From: Haliotis rubra
Taxonomy: Eukaryota
Direction: 5' to 3'
Assembly (NCBI RefSeq): GCF_003918875.1
Contig: NW_025766747.1
Coordinates: 248,001 to 312,000, forward strand
Length of the DNA stretch: 64,000 bases
How positions within the stretch are numbered: the first letter of the stretch is position 1; each line of letters opens with the position of its first letter. The translations under genes were made by a program, and so were the position numbers. The notes under the pieces are model-generated. The model saw nothing but the letters and a program-made list of their open reading frames with translations, was not told where the DNA came from and searched no databases. Positions 62,106 to 64,000 of the stretch are shown piece after piece.

Positions 62106-63200
62106 AGTGATGTCTGTTAACTGGTGTTTCTACTCTGTGAGATACCGAAGAGTTTGTGTGTTCCACAGGTATTTCCAATATTCTTATATACGTTACACAT
62201 AATCCACTAAAACTACAACTCTCAGCTCAATAAAACCAATTAAACCAGCTATTGTCTGCTTAATTATACCTAATTGGCACATCAATCACAGAGAAGAGAC
62301 TGATTAAAATACTGCCATCTGATTGGTTGCCGATGACGAGGCCTACCCTGTAATCCTACGAGCACGACTTTAAAGGTGTTTAGAGAAGGCGTTTTTACAT
62401 GACTAGTTAAGATATACTTATGGAACATTTTCTTGTTTTCATTACCAATGTTCGAAATCTAGAAAAAACACCTCAATTCAAAAGTAAAATAATACTAATT
62501 TCTGGCAGATACACACCTGTTTCGTTGATACATGTACAAATAATTGCACAGTAAATACAATTCTAATTTGTGAATAAAAGAGGAAGCGTGAACGTATGTT
62601 TATTATATAATCTATTAGAAATATAAGTAAACCTCTGGATATAACTGTTGAATATAACACCCTCATTAAAGAACACTACTTGTTTTTGTTCAGGATATAA
62701 GATATGAATTCAATATTTCTAATTATGAGCAACATATACTCTTCAAACAAGTTGGGTATGCTTTAATCTTGTAGTATGTGTCGGTAGTCACAGGGTTGAA
62801 AATCCATCAGTTGTAACGTAGGTCTCCAAATGTTTAAGTTAAAAAAACCCTTTTAAAATGTTTCTCAAAAGCTCAATAAATGCATGTGTATAATCACGTA
62901 CTTCATAAACGAATGCTTTGTTACCTCCGTGTCTCGTTGGGCGTGGCATACATGTGTCACATAGACATGGAATGTCATTTTGTGTACATTGACTTTTTGT
63001 ATTGCATTGCTTTTTGTTTTATATGACGTCTTTTCTTTGCTACCAACTTGGTATGTGATGGTTGTATATTTGTGTTCTGTTTTGTGTTGTATTATTCATA
63101 TCGCCGCCATATAGGTGGAACATTTGCGAGTACGGCGTGAAACAACACACATTATTCATGGCCACATGATTGCCTTTTTCGTAACATTTGCCTGTTACTG

Positions 63201-63306
63201 ACAACTAGTGACCTCTGTTTCATGTTATGGAGCTAGAGACGTGGGGAGACACAACTAGTGACCTCTGTTTCATGTTATGGAGCTAGAGACGTGGGGAGAC
63301 ACAACT
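63201..63306. repeat. 50-bp tandem duplication
   Basis: acaactagtgacctctgtttcatgttatggagctagagacgtggggagac, two copies. Confidence 0.9.
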
Positions 63307-63705
63307 GAAGTATTACTGGTAACACAACCAAACGTACTTTGAACAACGCGTGATGTGTATGATGGGTACACGTCCTTGTAGAGCTGAAATAATGCTGATA
63401 CATCAAATTTTAACTCGCCCTTCCATTTGTAAAGAATTTTAGTCGTTGATTTACTGGATAATTAAGTGGCATGTATAACTTAGATTTATAGTACTTGTGT
63501 TCCTATCAAAAGCACTAATACCCGTTTCTATCTGGGTTAAACGGTAACAATGTCATAACTTATGCTGAAAATTATTTGTTTCCAAATGAGTGGATTGAAA
63601 CCATTACTAAAAAGTGATGGAATCCGCGGTAGAGAAACTCCGTATCGCACAAAAAACGGCTGAAGTAGGTGGTTACATAATGTAACCTGCATGATTGTGT
63701 TTCAT

Positions 63706-63953
63706 GTGAGTGAGTTTAGTTTTACGCCGCACTCAGCAATATTCCAGCTACTAGTATATGGTGGCGGTCTTGAAATAATCGAGTCTGGACCAGACAATCC
63801 AGTGATCAACAGCATAAGCATCGAAATACGCAATTGGGAACCGATGACATGCGGCAACCATGTCAGCTGGCCAGACCACCCGATCCCGTTAGTCGACTCT
63901 TACGACAAGCATGGGTTACTGAAGATCAATATTCTAACCCGGATCTTCACGGG
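63706..63953 (-). mobile_element. SINE family B, full length
   Basis: Reverse complement of cccgtgaagatccgggttagaat...aaactcactcac; flanking ttcatgtga repeat. Confidence 0.9.
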
Positions 63954-64000
63954 TCGTGATTCATGTGAAATGGTTATTGCTGACATAATTTGTCCGTTCA

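Overview
AT-rich, repeat-rich invertebrate genomic DNA, probably a gastropod mollusc such as abalone (inferred only from repeat style and gene content), with three N-gaps. The main feature is a tandem array of intronless, minus-strand forkhead genes best matching the FoxAB class: six full-length copies (about 0.9-2.0, 30.7-31.8, 38.4-39.5, 46.0-47.1, 55.9-57.0 and 61.0-62.1 kb) plus a deleted relic at about 43.3-43.8 kb. The forkhead core is nearly identical at the DNA level while the N- and C-termini are largely unalignable and shuffled between copies, which suggests localised gene conversion. Every copy has a TATA-like box with a TAATCC-type (K50-homeodomain) site or a one-base variant about 9-14 bp upstream, and two non-coding modules recur upstream of several copies. 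Copies 1 and 5 are broken only by single-base losses in G runs. The array is interrupted by a 10-coding-exon KICS2 (C12orf66) orthologue (+) and an apolipoprotein-L-like gene (-). KICS2 carries a U12-type intron, a 14-fold in-frame amplification of a splice acceptor, a candidate 27-nt microexon and a stop-containing 27-nt insertion matching its own intron. The remainder is SINEs (two families sharing a 3' tail), LINE 3' fragments, MITEs, Penelope-like relics with hammerhead motifs, a probable solo LTR and minisatellites.
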